Source of the DNA: Zancudomyces culisetae HAW-14-8
Lineage: Eukaryota > Fungi > Kickxellomycota
Direction: 5' to 3'
NCBI GenBank assembly: GCA_052426225.1
Contig: JBNJNM010000015.1
Coordinates: 1,364,001-1,428,000, forward strand
Length of the DNA stretch: 64,000 nucleotides
Shown here: positions 13,620-27,500 of the stretch, in pieces
How the letters are laid out: each line of letters begins with the position of its first letter
Numbering within the stretch: the stretch's first letter is position 1
Made by a program: the position numbers and the translations under genes
The notes under the pieces: generated by a model
What the model was told of the DNA's origin: nothing
The model's database searches: none
What the model saw: only the letters and a program-made list of their open reading frames with translations

Positions 13620-14618
13620 ATTTTCTGTTTTTGTCAATAATTCCATTTTTACTAATTGTCTCGATGATTTTTCAAAGAGTATAGATGGTATTTATTGATC
13701 AAAACATACTTAACCTTATTATTTCTATTTTAATTCCACTATTATTCTAGGTAGGGTGGTTTGAGTTTAGTATTATTTTAAGTGATATTAAGGTTTGTAC
13801 CTCTCACAATAACTAACCAGCTTAAACCACCAAAGGTTTGACCCCTTATTCGTTGAAAATATTATCAAATACAAAAAAATAAAGGTGTCTACGTCACACG
13901 CTTTTTTTTTTCTTGAGTTGTATTTCACAGTCTTTCCGATGGGACTATGTTTATGACTGGGGATATAAATGAAATATGCGGATGTGTATTGTTGTACAGA
14001 ATGTAAACAGTTCATACACTCGAAAAGCTCGACACTTTGCTTGTTGCAATTATGGTATTTAAATATTGGATTTGAAATATATAACCAAAGAATTATAATT
14101 GTAAACAGCTAAAGTCGGCTGAGTTTAGGCTGTGTGTCATGCTTTAGACCATATGAACATTGTTTAGTTGATTTAATACTGTTCAATCACCAACTTTGTC
14201 CATTTTTTTTGGTGGATTTTAAAATTACACAGCTTTCAATAAAATAGGATAATTGTGAGTAATTCCACATTATTCACCTATTACGTTGCTAGAAAAAAAT
14301 TACCAGGGGAAAATCACCATTTTGTTCGATGTACACAATAAAAGTAAATAAAAAATAATCAAAAAAAAAAGACAAGGCTTATGTGTGTCAACTGAATTTA
14401 CGGGTATGAAAAGAGTTCGCACCCATTTATACAAATGAAGGGACTTTGCAATAATTAGAATTCATTCCAACTCGGAACAATCATATCTGTATTCGGGTAT
14501 AGGATAAAAAATAAAGTCGTTGCTATCAGTACGGCGTTAAGACAAAAACAAAAAAATGGAAAGTGGGATTTAGATTTGGCAAGGAATTCGTGAGCAAACA
14601 GCGAAATAAACGGAAAAA

Positions 14619-15977
14619 ATGACTGTAGAAGGGGCAGACGACACCGTGTCAGTTGAAGTGGATGTAAATGCAGGTAGATTTCCAGCCGTAGCATGTGGAT
14701 TTATGGAAACTGACTTTGACTCTGAAAACACACGTTATATTATTAAGAAAAGCGACAGCATATTCGAAGAATACCAAGGCAGTAACGTATTGCAAGATAT
14801 TGATTTTGTTGGAAACGATAGCTACTTCATGACAGGTGATATAAAACCGTCAAAAAGATCACCATCGCTGGATGTTTTGATAGAATATGATGGCCTATAC
14901 GATGAATGTTCCTCTGATAACTATGACAACATAATGTCCTTTAAGCACAGCGGCACTTATTCTGGTGAGATATGTTCACCTGGGCGAGCATCAGATGACT
15001 CAAATGATATCCCAACCTCCAGTAAAGGTGAAATATACAAAGATCTACTGCTATCCAGCAATAGATATGGTCGCCGGGAAAGAAATAATACTAGTTCATC
15101 ACATAGTTCTTGTGGTAAAGACCAATCATTTAAATTTCTTGGAGGAGAATATCGAAAACCGTCGAGAATGTTTGACAATTTTAACGAAGACACAATTGTA
15201 GTAGAAAGCGACGAACAAATACACAATAGTGGTTTAGATAATATGGATAGTATGTATATGCCACAGCCAAGGCTCTCAGATGGCATCAACTTACTTTTTG
15301 TGTTTAAATGGGCAATTTTTGTATCAACAGTAACGTTCGAGTTTGGATTTTTACTTCCGGTTTTCTGGGCATACCAGAAAAAAGCGCATATCAACTACAT
15401 TGGAATGGAAACCTTTTTACTTATATTTGGGTTTGCTCTAATATTTATGCTTGTGGATATAAGCATTGCATACAGAACCAAAAACATAGAACATAGATTT
15501 TCAAAAAACATTACAACTATTGCCCAATTGATGCCAGCCAAAAGGGATAGCCTGTTTTTTCGACTAAAAAAACGCGCGTATCGGTGGACATATTGTAAGA
15601 GATGTCAGGCACTCGTGTTTGCACGGGACCATCATTGTGAATGGCTGAACATTTGTATTAACAGTAATAACTATCTGCGGTTTTTTATTTTGCTCATGGT
15701 GGCTGTGGTTTCCCTCAGCTTGGTGTGTGTTACTACCTTTGTATTCTTTAAAATCGCAATGCTGGACCAAAAGGGATTGTTTTCGATTATGTACGAGGTC
15801 TACAACATTAGAACAGAAACAGGTAGAATGGTATTTATCGTTGCTGTATCTGTGGCCCTCTTTTATGTATCGATTGTTTCAAGTTTAATACTTGTTATGG
15901 TGTTACTGCTCTTCATTTTTCATGTTTATTTGGCATTTATTAGACGAACTACGGCGGAATTTTGCACTGGTACATGA
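14619..15977 (+). CDS. DHHC protein S-acyltransferase (palmitoyltransferase), divergent
   Basis: Four TM segments, CKRC…RDHHCEWLNICINSNNYLRFF, TTAE motif after TM4. A tiny terminal exon near 16079-16089 is possible. Confidence 0.85.
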   Translation: MTVEGADDTVSVEVDVNAGRFPAVACGFMETDFDSENTRYIIKKSDSIFEEYQGSNVLQDIDFVGNDSYFMTGDIKPSKRSPSLDVLIEYDGLYDECSSDNYDNIMSFKHSGTYSGEICSPGRASDDSNDIPTSSKGEIYKDLLLSSNRYGRRERNNTSSSHSSCGKDQSFKFLGGEYRKPSRMFDNFNEDTIVVESDEQIHNSGLDNMDSMYMPQPRLSDGINLLFVFKWAIFVSTVTFEFGFLLPVFWAYQKKAHINYIGMETFLLIFGFALIFMLVDISIAYRTKNIEHRFSKNITTIAQLMPAKRDSLFFRLKKRAYRWTYCKRCQALVFARDHHCEWLNICINSNNYLRFFILLMVAVVSLSLVCVTTFVFFKIAMLDQKGLFSIMYEVYNIRTETGRMVFIVAVSVALFYVSIVSSLILVMVLLLFIFHVYLAFIRRTTAEFCTGT

Positions 15978-16316
15978 TTTTTATTCACCCACACCACTTG
16001 CCACTTTCACTTTAGTAAAATTCACACGTTACTGTCTTTGTTATTATCTCATTTCATAATATATATTTTTTATATAAGGCATGCATTAAAAATATTTACA
16101 TCAAACACCAATTAATAAAGCAGTACTATCTTTAATATCACAATTTTTCGTTTGCTTTTTATAATAAAACAACAAAGTTTTTATAATAACGTTAAGAAAG
16201 ACATATGTATATGACTCATGAAAAACCAACTTAAAAGAAACGTAAAAAACAGAGTGAAATTGCGGGGGAGAGGGGAAATCATCCTCAGTTTGAAAAAATC
16301 CTGTAAAAACTTTACT

Positions 16317-17640
16317 TTAAAGCTCTTCTCTATTTTTTGGCTTGCTTTCGCGTGGAGAGCCCCGTTTCAAACTATCTACAGGCTCGTCCCATTCTGTAAC
16401 ACTCTTGAACAATTTTCTAACACCTATTCAAGGTACAATTTCAAAGAAAAAAGGTTAATTTAGATCAAATGCATTAAAAGTAATGAACAAACTTAACATA
16501 TATATATACTTTTTTTTTTTAAAAAAAGTGAATGACGTTACCATCTTTAAAATCGGCATCTACAGCCTTGGGGTACTGCACCAGATATCTCACATACAAG
16601 CTTCCGTATTTGTTGGGGTCATTATAAGTTGGCATTCCCAGATTATCTATTTTCTGTACATAGTTTGGTGGAATAGGATCATCGTGTTCTAGTTTGTGTA
16701 CCCTCCCATCCAAATGTTCAAAACTCTTGGAAAACCCAGTTAGCGATTCAAGAAGATTAATCTTGAAGTCCATATACAAATCATCGTTTTTCCGCACAAA
16801 CAGTTTGTGTGGGATCTGTCGAAGTGTAAAAACTACATCACCATTCTCATAATCTGGGTGCTGGTGTCCCTCGCCTTCTTGAACTATCTTCATTCCCTCA
16901 GATGCACCCTTTGGAATATCGAGGCTGAGCTGGTCAGGACTTCTTAATATTTTGTTGCCACCACACTTGTCACACTTGTGTGTGATTGTCTTTCCTTTTC
17001 CACCGCAACTATTACATGTTGATTGCATTTGTTGAATAAATCCTGGTGCAAGAACCCTTTTGACAACCTTAACACCAGATCCTCCGCACACCTGACAAGT
17101 TTCAATATCATCTTCGGATTTGGCGCCTGAACCGTGGCACTTTGTACAAAGCTTCATTTTAGATACATCGATATCAACCTCCTTTCCTGAATACAACTCC
17201 CCTAATCCTACGTGTAATTCTATGTTTATAGATTTGCCTTTGGGTTTAGTATTGCGCCGCTGCCTGTTGAATGGATTACCACCAAAAAATTGTGCAAAAA
17301 TATCAAAGGGATCGTGAGAATCGTTGTCAAAACCATTCCCTTGCTCTCTTCGCTTTAATCCTTCTTCTCCTTCTCTATCGTATACCTTGCGCTTTTGTTC
17401 GTCCGATAAGACTTCGTATGCTTTGGATAATTCAATGAATTTATTGTGTGATTTTTCATCTCCTTGGTTTTTGTCAGGATGATGTTTTTTGACTAGTTTC
17501 TTGTATGCTTTTTTAATTTCGTATTCAGTCGCTGTCCTTGATACTCCAAGTACTTTGTAATAATCTTCGCAGCATACTTGTGCAATGAAATTCAAAAATA
17601 TCAGCAGTCCCACCAATATTTTTACACCCGGGCTCTTCAT
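16317..17640 (-). CDS. SCJ1: ER-lumenal type I DnaJ co-chaperone (Scj1/ERdj3-like); exons 17640-16542, 16423-16317
   Basis: Signal peptide, J domain with HPD, G/F region, four CxxCxGxG-type repeats. The spliced last exon ends KNREEL*, a KDEL-like ER retrieval signal. Confidence 0.92.
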
Positions 17641-18901
17641 CTTTTATATTTCCAATGGTTTTTATCAAGAATATCTAAAAGAAAAATAAATAGATAGATA
17701 GATAAATAAATAACCAAGCAGTATGCTCTAGTATCTACAGAAATAGTAGGTTGGAATAATGCTCTGTCTGCTTACTGTTGTTATTTAGTTTAGAACTATT
17801 CTTTAGTGGGGTGTTTTAAATATACAGCGGAATTGCCTATATTTAAACTTTTTCTTTTTGTTTTTATTTTTTTTTGCCATTTGAATAAACGAATATAAAT
17901 ATTTTGGATTCTTTTCCATCTTCCTCCACCCCCACCCCACCCCGCCTCACCCTCTTTCTAAATATCTTTGAAAATGGCTAGGAATAATCCTATAAAAAAA
18001 TAAAGAATATAGAGTTCAGTTAAGCAAGATGAGCCAATAATAAACAAGAATGTGTGATTCAAGTTAAAAAAAAAAGAAAAAGAAAACGAAAACGAAAAAG
18101 AAAAAACATCCACACTCACACTCACATTTACATTTACATACATAATACGCACATTCCTCATTTTTATGACCTCTCTCTCTTTCTCACCCCCCCTCTCCTT
18201 TTACCTTCCTCTCGCTTGTCTTGGTCCCTTTCCTCCTTTCTCCCCTATCACACACATAATCTCCTCGACTCGCCTACATCTTTCCACCCATTAACTTGCC
18301 CATCCATTCATCATTTTATTTGATTTTGATTTTTTTTTTTCGGTTAATTAATCAACCTCAACTTGTAATAAAACTATTAGCTGGAATACCAAAGATATAA
18401 TCTAGTAAATAAAGGAAAATGAAAAATATACATAAAAATAAAATAAAACAAGGAATGCTTTGTACATTAATTCATCAAGTATAGTACCATTTCAACTTAT
18501 GAACCACAATACTAGCTGAAATCAATGGTATAACCTGGTTAATCCATGTAAAAAACATATTAAAAAAGTGATGTGTTTCTTATTCACTCTTGCATCATCT
18601 TACCTCACCTCATCTCACCTCACCTCAGTTCCCCTCCTTTTGTTATTTGTTCAGACAAACATTAGCATTCAATAGATTTGTATTCATATCAATCTTATTC
18701 TTGAATATTGTAAACTCAATGAAAACACATAAAAAGGAATTTTATTGCAAAGAGACAAGAACAAAAATGTTTGAAGTTTTTAAATCAAAAAGTAAACACA
18801 AAAAAAAAGAGAAGAAAGAGAAGTAAAAGCAAAGGTAGCTAGGAGGAGTCCCAAACCCAACACCCCCTCCCTCTCTATCTCTTTTTTTTTCTTTTGATGC
18901 A

Positions 18902-21900
18902 TTAATCGCTAATAGAGTCAAACCTTTCAACACCAAAGTTTACCTTCCACTCATAATTATCAGATAAATAGATTTGAGTAGGAGAAAAATACAAATCATA
19001 GGATTTGATGTTTATGATCTTCGAGATTCCAAATCGATTGTGGACAGTAAGCTTAAAGAAATCTGAATTGGAAGTCGGATTTTCTGAATAGTATGACTTC
19101 AAAAAGAGCACCAAATCCAACAGACTATTTAACTTGACACTGTTTATCTCGGAAATATAGTGGCCAGCATCAAGCCCAGAAGCATGTGCAGAAGAACCTG
19201 TAAGAATACTAACAACATAGACTCTGGATGGCAGAGTATGAGTACGACCCAGCAATGCTCTGTATGGTTCCTGTAGAATAATCCCGCCCCACACAATCAC
19301 ATGTTTTGTTTCAAGTGGCTCCAGTTTCGAAGAAGGAACACGTAATGATATTTCTTTTCCCTCACGTAAGACGCACAAATCTGCATGGCTGGAATTGTCA
19401 TAAAGTACAGCTAGATCAGTAATATCCAGAGCTGGAGATCCATTTATTTCCAAAACCACATCGCCACACTTGATCGCATTTGTAGCATCAGAATCGGGCT
19501 GATCACCCGTTTGCAGATTAGAAACGTAATAGAATTCGGGATGAGAGCTTGAAACCTTGGAAAATACATCGTTTAGTCTTGACTGGCTGAGACCCAAAAG
19601 CTTGGCGTGGGATGACCGGATGGTTGTAAACTCGGCACCCAGAGAACGCATGGTGATAGGAAGGCCGTTTTTGAGGGCATCGATGACAGGTTTAAGCAAC
19701 GAAGCATCAAACCCGGACATAAACGAAATATCATCACCAGCGGGATTATAATTGGCCGTATTTGCCCAAAAGGAGATGACAAGACCAGCCTCGTCGGTAA
19801 TAAGACCGCCTTGACAGTTGGGCTGATCCTTCAAAAAGACACCTTGGACATTTGTATTTCTCCATTGTGGAGGTCTAAGATCATTTACGCGAATCTGTTG
19901 GCGCGAGGACACCAACGTTCGGCGAACCAACAATGTAGAGTCAAAATCCATAGCTACCAACACAACCTTATCGCCTTGTTCCAGCCTTTTGGTTCCCTCC
20001 CAATATTCAGGTGCAAATTCAAGCTGGTCTACTTTTGTATCCCCAAGCCGTTCGGGCTCATACTTTAAAATAGCAAAATTGTACACAGGATGTAAAAACA
20101 CAATGTGAGCTTTGACAACCAATGAGTGAGCAAAATCTATATACAAGTCTCCAAGTGGTGCTGTAACTGTGTCCCTGTCACATAATACCAAGCCCTTTGT
20201 CGAATCAATTACATACCCAGGCCCATAGTATTGAGTACTACAAACTCCATCAACCAAATATGGCAATGAAAACAAAATATCGACAAAACTCCGGTAGACT
20301 GCATGTGCAGGACTGAGTTTGGGATCTATCCGTGGATGAATTACAGTAGTAGGCGATATCTGTAAAGGCAATTTGGGTCCCTCTAAAGCAGTAAATTCCC
20401 ATATGCCTGTATCCAGATTCCTTTCAGCAAGTCTAAGAGGAAACCATTGACAATTGACACGCATCATACCACTAACTTCCCGATAAGGTTTATGAAGTCT
20501 AAAGAACTTGACTGGAACAATAGAGCCCGAGGTTAAAGTCGTTAATACTCTTGCAAATTCTTCTAGTGTAGGTGTTGGGATCTGGTTGATGCTCAGAATT
20601 ATACTGTATCCATGTATGTCTGCTGATGATAACATGTACCCTTCATCCGCCACAAATACTCCTTTTACTGGAACATGATAACTACTGGCTACTTGATAAC
20701 TCAGCTCATTCACTATACCCCCTCCAACCTCAATAAACCGCCTTGGTGTTATCGAATACAAATCCTGGACTTTACAAAACACATTGTACGCCTTTCTATT
20801 TCTCCATATTGTCAAACTAATTGTTTTATCTACATTTGAATCAAGAACATCCGAAACTTGATCAAAGTTAATCACCGCAGTCCCGTTCAACGCTACCAAA
20901 ATATCTCCATTGTTCAACTGTTTATCCGCTGGTCCTTCTTGAAGAACTTTTTTAACAATCAACATTCCTGTCTCGTCAGGATACGTCTCTCGCATCTTTC
21001 TCTCGATATCCATGCTTAGATTCAGCCTTCTCAACTCATTGTATGACATGCGCTCAAATCGTGTTTGAATAGTTCCCCGTGGAACCCTTTCGCCTCTCTT
21101 GATATATTCCAACGCCCTCGCCACACGCGTTAGTGGAAAATAGTATGACGATGCCGCCTTTTTTGAGTGTCCTGCATTAAGTCCAACTGCATCCCCTTCT
21201 ATGTCTAAAACCGGTGACCCCGATGACCCACTAGCATTTCCCGATGCTGCTTGCATATAAAATGTATTGAAATCATTGTAACTCCCTTGAATGTATGTTG
21301 GTGGACGTCTATCTAACCGCGCAAGTGTTCCCGACGTAATTGATATTTTTTCTCCTCCATCGCTACCCACAACTCTAATTTCCAACCCCACTTTGGCCTT
21401 ATGAGGTGCTAGTTTGATCTCCATTATATCCATAAACTTGATCTTTGCTGGATCAAACTTGAAAAATCCAAAATCATGCACTGGATCTATGTAAAGTGGT
21501 TGTAGTTCTATTTCTTCGTAATTCTTAAGTGTGGCTACTGCTACCGTAGGTGCCGGACTTACTACATGTCTGTTGGATAGTATAATCCCTCTTTCTGCAT
21601 CAACTATAAATCCTGATGCGACATACCCATCGCATCCCTCTGTATCAAATGGAAATACACATGACGTTTTTATTGATACTATCCCGTTCAATGCCCTTCT
21701 GATCACGCGCTCCCACATTGGTGTATCTTCTACAACTAATTCTTCCTCGAATGTGTTGTTTTGTACTTTGAGATCGCCTTCAATATCCCTTTTTCCCAGT
21801 ACCATCCCATATTTATCTTCACCATTCACTTGCTCATCCTCTTTAAAAATAAGTGCTCTCAATTCCTCATTTGTAACAACTGTGCTGCTGAATTCCAAAT

Positions 21901-22325
21901 CCTCTCCAGTTAATTCAACTTTTTCGTCATGAGAAAGACTTTCGTTGTCTGTTATTTTCATGTCCTCTAACTGTTCCTCAAAAATCGAGTCTGGATAACT
22001 CGTTGTTTGTGCCATTTCTTGGTCTATTTGGATTTAGTTGGAATATCAAAGATAAATAAATAAATATCAGCACTTGTTTTATTCATGAATTCGTTTTAAC
22101 CCCTTTAAAACTCACATACTATCCCTATCGTTATATTTCTTGCAAACGGCATAGTTTATATCATGCCAAGCGTACTCTTGTAAATTTAAATGTAAATCTA
22201 AAATATAATATAATAAAAAAACCATGAATTAACTAATTTGTACCTTCATGGAACTGAATATGGTCGTTATTCACAAATTCTTGATTAGAATCATTTTCTG
22301 CAAATTCTTCAGTATCGATTTTCAT
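18902..22325 (-). CDS. NMA111: Nma111/Ynm3 HtrA-like serine protease (tandem protease + PDZ domains); probable exons 22325-22244, 22023-18902
   Basis: Catalytic triad contexts SNRHVV, VHDFGF, GSSGSPV; YNDFNTFY; second degenerate protease domain and PDZ domains. Upstream exon MKIDTEEF… splices in frame (G|GTACAA … AATAG|AC). Confidence 0.92.
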
Positions 22326-23269
22326 TCTATACCTAGTGGTGGTGGTGGTGGTGGTAGTATACAAATTTATGAAGCAGATATAACTTTTTTTTTTGGAACC
22401 TTGCAAATAAAAATATAAATAAATAAATAATGTATAAAAGTCTGTAAATGTAGGTTTTATCTTTTTTTTCACGTTAATACTGTAAAAAAAAAGCATAAAA
22501 GTACAAAAGCAATATAGAAAAAAAAGGCAAAAAAAAAAAAACAAAGCTTATTAGGTAATATTTCTTTTTAAACATCAAAAACCAACACCAACTCATCTCT
22601 TATTCAGTATTTGAAGAAGAAAAAATAATAAAAATATACATATAAATACTGATCATTACTTTTAATTAACCCCATAGTGTTAACAAAGTTAGTTGATGAG
22701 TGTTGGATCCGTTATGGTATAAAAACTTGTGATCAGATAAATAGAATGATCAATAAATGTATAAATTTTAAGTAGAGGGTGAGACGAGGTCAACTGAGGC
22801 GAGGTGAGGTTAGGTGGGGTGGAGTGGGGGAGGGGAGGGATGGAGAGAGAGAGAGGGATGAGGGAGTTTAAAAAGGAAAGAAAAGAGAAAGAAAGAAAAA
22901 ATAAAATACACATTGATAAAAGATCAAGTGGAGAACAAATAGAAAAAGTGTTTAAGCGAAGCAAAGTGGAGTGGTGAGTGTATGAGTGGTGAGTATATGA
23001 GTATATGAGTGAGAAAAAGAGATCAAGTCTTGTCTAGAAAATAAAGTATTATATTCACACACGTGAATGTTTTTAAACCCCCCCCACCCTTTAGTATAAT
23101 ATTACTTGTGGATTACATTTGACAAAAAACTAGTTGTTAAAAAAAAATAAAGAAAAAGAAAAAATTGGTAAAAGAGGTAAAAAATTATGTGGTAAATTGA
23201 AAATTGCAATTGTGACAAGTAATTGCGGATTGGACAACAAAGCCAAGTCTGAAAAAAAAATAAAAAATA

Positions 23270-23285
23270 TGTGTATGTATATATG

Positions 23286-23319
<34 letters not shown>

Positions 23320-23346
23320 TGTTATGTGTGTATGTTATGTATGTAT
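23270..23346. repeat. (TATG)n-type microsatellite, imperfect
   Basis: Visible gtatgtatgtatg run. Confidence 0.85.
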
Positions 23347-23838
23347 GGATTATATAAAGAGATTGAGAATGGAAAAGGAAGAATTTCAAGGTTTAATCAT
23401 ATAAATTTAGTTTTTGTAAAATACTAGGATAAATTCCTCCTCATTACACATATCTTTTTACAAGTTGGGAAAGCAAAAAAATTTCCGATTGACATGTTCA
23501 TTAGCACACCATTTGTTGGAATAATGTTTTATCTCATTTAGTTGTATTTTTAATTGAAAATGTGTAATTACACTAAATTCTATTAGATTTGTTACTATAT
23601 ATATATACATACAAATTGACAAGAAAAAAGAAAAAGAAAAAAAAAACGGGATATAATACATTTGTATGCATGTATTTATAGACTTTTATATCTGAATAAA
23701 TACCCTTTTTTCGAATAGAATACAAAAATACTATAAAGCAAACTATTATAAACATCAATATCACTATCACTATCAATAACGATACATATCCAAACTCTTA
23801 AACTAGTATCTTTTTAATAAAAAAAGCGAAGAATAGTA

Positions 23839-24477
23839 ATGATAAACCAAGTAAAAAAAGTCCTGTATTTCATTGTGATGGTACATATCATGTACTTTAA
23901 AGTCAATGGAAATACAAATACTGATTATACCAATCTAGCACATAGAAACGATTCTAGCAACGGTAGGTGTATGGGGCAAGTTGTCCCTTATTTATTTATT
24001 TATTTATTCATTCGTTTATTCACTTATTATTTTTAAAAGATTATTTAAAAAACATAACAGTAATAAACTCAACATAATACATTCATGTAAATAGAACACG
24101 ATTCTCGAGTATCATATATAATAAATGAAAATAAACCAGAAAACGAAAACAAGAAATATGTGCACTTTAAAAGACAAAACTCAATAGCTCCAGCTCTTGA
24201 CAACCAAAATACCACTAGAGCCAGCACACCCTTTAACCTTGGTGATAGCGGTGTAGATAGAGATATTAATGGTGATAGAGATAATAAAGAAGTTCAAATG
24301 AACAAGATCAATCTCAACAACTTGAAACAGCTGGTTACCACAACAGTTACTAATACTGGTTCTACTTCTACTGTGTTTAGCGTTGTTGCTACCTCCACCA
24401 TCAATTCTAGCCCAAAAACCTTTATCTTTAGATATTATCATTATTACTTGTATTTATACCTTTTTCTTTTACACTAA
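23839..24477 (+). CDS. Small putative secreted/GPI-anchored Ser/Thr-rich protein (~168 aa); exons 23839-23962, 24095-24477
   Basis: Phase-1 intron (G|GTAGGT … AAATAG|AA) joins ORFs 23839-24036 and 24160-24477. Product has a hydrophobic N-terminus, KR|Q site, T/S-rich stretch, NSS small residues and a hydrophobic C-terminus. Confidence 0.6.
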
Positions 24478-24593
24478 TAATAACTATAATAAATAAATAT
24501 AGTAATAGTAGTATTAGTAGTAAAAATAATAATAGTAAAATCGACATTCTTGGTTAGTAAATATATCTATAAATGTAAATAAACGCATATATT

Positions 24594-27500
24594 CTATAGT
24601 TGCTCTAAAAATGAATCTAAAATACATAATTCATCAACAAGTAAATCAAATTTAAAATTGTTCTTCTTGTTGATGTTGGAAGTTTCAATACTAGAATCAC
24701 TATTGCTATTATTGTTACTATGGGCGTTGGTGTTGGTCTTTAAAACAATATTATCTGATCCAGTATAGTGTGAAGGCTGACCATAATAATATTCATCAGT
24801 ACTAGTAGTATTTGTTTTTGTATTTCCGGATTGGATATTATCAATATTTTGAGGAGCAGAGACAGTATTTAAATCGATATTGGTATCTTTAGTATTAGCA
24901 CCTGTATCAGTATCAGTATCAGTATCTGTTGATGTTGATGTTGATGTTGATTTAGATGTAGATGTAGATGTAGATGTTGTTACTGCGTCAATAGTATTGG
25001 CGGTATTAGTAGTGGTGGTTGTATTGACAGTGATATTATCATGATGACCGGGAGTCTCATTAGTTGTAGGATTGACTTCATCTGGATGGGTGGATTTTGA
25101 AAAACTTTGTAATAACGCCATAGTCAACCCAACAAGCTTTGTAGAAGCATACTTGTAAATAATGGAGTCATCACATTCATAAAAAGTGATAGAATCCAGA
25201 GCGTTATCAATATCCCAACTAAGATTGCTATCGCTATTTTTATTACAATTACAAGCGCGATTGCAGTTACAATCATGATTACAAGCCTTTTCATAACCAC
25301 CACTACCAATACCACTACTACTACTACTACCATCATTATTACCATTATTACTATTATTAATTTCATGACTACTATTCTTATTGCTGTTGTTATTACTATT
25401 TTCATCTATTGTGGTTGACGATAAGGCAATATAACTTTCTGAAGGAATAAATGTTTTCTGCCGATTCTTTTGTTTTTGCAAATCCGACATTTTTATAGTT
25501 GTCAACTTGGTCGTTACCAATTCGAGCAATTTCAAATCTCTCGAGAAATTCACCGAATTCACCGAACAAAATGAGTACTTCAACATCTTGCGAATTGGAT
25601 TACAGTGGTAAAACACACAGCAAGTATGTAAAGAGGTGGAGTTCTTGCATACATTCAACAGCCCGTCGCACTCACAATTTTCAGTCTCCAAAGTTGTCAT
25701 TGGTCTTGATGTAGAACCGTCGTTACTGTTGCTGTTCCCACTAGTTGTTGAATCTGATCTTGAATAGAAGCAAGACGAAAGCTTTTTATAGTAATAGCTG
25801 GTAATCATACTCAATAAGTGGTAATTATCACAATAATCGGGCCATGTTAGCAGCAAAATTCTAAACAATTGAAATTGAAGAGTCGAGGTTGGAAGGTTTT
25901 TAAATACAGTAGACATGTATATTTTGTTGTATTCAAACAAGTTCATTGCGTTTTTCTTTGACTCGATCAAGGTAGCAATTCCGTTTGCCAATCTAGACAT
26001 TGATTTTAGACTGACAAGTTGGCTTAGATTTTGTATCGAGGGAAATGTTGTTTGTAAACCAACAGGTTTAAGAGTTAACAATTCCAGGATAAAATACGAA
26101 ACCGAGTCGAAAAAGTCTGTAAGTTTATCGTCATTGATATATTGGTTCTGGTTGCTTTGAATAATCGTTGGGAATGATGATAAACAAGACGCTAAAGAAT
26201 CAATAACGAGGTTAGTTAGTTCGGTGGTACTAGCAACAATTGACGCATCACTGGAAAGTAAACACTTGATGAGCATTTCAAATAAATCGGAATAGTAAAC
26301 AATGACATTTTCAACACTGGATTGGCTAGACTTGGAATAAGAGTAAGGCTTGGATAGCTGCGATATTGAAAATACGTTTGAAGGATGGAAACCAAAGATT
26401 TGTTTCAAAATATCAAGACTCTTGGAGACAATCAGATGGTTTCGAGATGATAATGTAACAATACAACAGTTCAAAATACCAATATTGGGAAAAGACATGT
26501 GATCCGTAAGCTTTTGCAGAGTCGTTAGAATTTCAAAGCATAAATCCGAATCATTAACAATGTTGGATAGTCTGTCAATTAGGTTTATAACCAACTCACT
26601 GTTATTCATCAACACAGGAGTAGCAATGTGTTTTTTGCTGGCAAGAAGCGCAGGATCAAAGATTTGATAATAATTGTAAATCGACAACAGGATATTCAGG
26701 ATTTTAAAGTTGGCAAGAGAAAGAGGTTTCAAAGAACAACAACAAGCCCAAGTAATAGAGCTCTGAATCCACAACTCTTCCATACCAAAATGACTACTCA
26801 GCAACTCAACAACATCGTTTATCTGCTTGTTGTTCTGCTGCAGTTGTAGCTGTACCAGATGAGGCTGCAGTTGATGGCTCGAGTTGATTAAAAACGTCGA
26901 ATAGTTGCAAAATGTGGTAAGAATATAATCGATAATTCTACCACTGCATAAAAGAATGTATGTTTGCAAATTCCCCGAAATAATAGTAAAAGGAAAAGAA
27001 ACCTGGATAATGTCCACAACAACCGAGGTGGTAACCACAGATTGTTTAGAACAACCTATAAATAACGAATATGCAGCCCACAACATGTATCCAGATTGGC
27101 AATACATGGCATCAGATTTTATTCCTATAAGATTTTGGATTTTGTTTCGAATCGCTTGAAAATAAGCATTTTGATTGGACTTGGATTTAGACTTGGATTT
27201 ACAATTAGAATTAGAATTAGAATTAGAATCAGAAAGAGAGTTAGGATTAGTGTTGGAATTGAGGTTGGAATTGGGGTTGGAATTGGGGTTGGTGTTGGGG
27301 TTGGAATTAGATTGACGAAATGGAGATAATGCTGAAAGAGTTGTAGGTGATTTTGGAGAAGTTGCAACAACAATCAAACCAGAACTAGTGATATTATTCA
27401 AAACCCAACTAAGCACACCGCTGATATTCTGACCATTCTCACAATACTGAGCGGATATTTGGTTTAGTATTTGATTGATAATGAGCAACAGATTGTAGCT

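Noticed and set aside
17958-18936. Short intergenic ORFs here and at 22689-23776, 50306-51061 and 62012-63251
   Set aside because: They translate simple repeats or AT-rich DNA and show no coding signature.
21210-21255. NMA111 ASGSSGSP instead of GGSSGSP as an inactive protease
   Set aside because: The Gly two residues before the catalytic Ser, the Ser itself, and the His and Asp contexts are retained.
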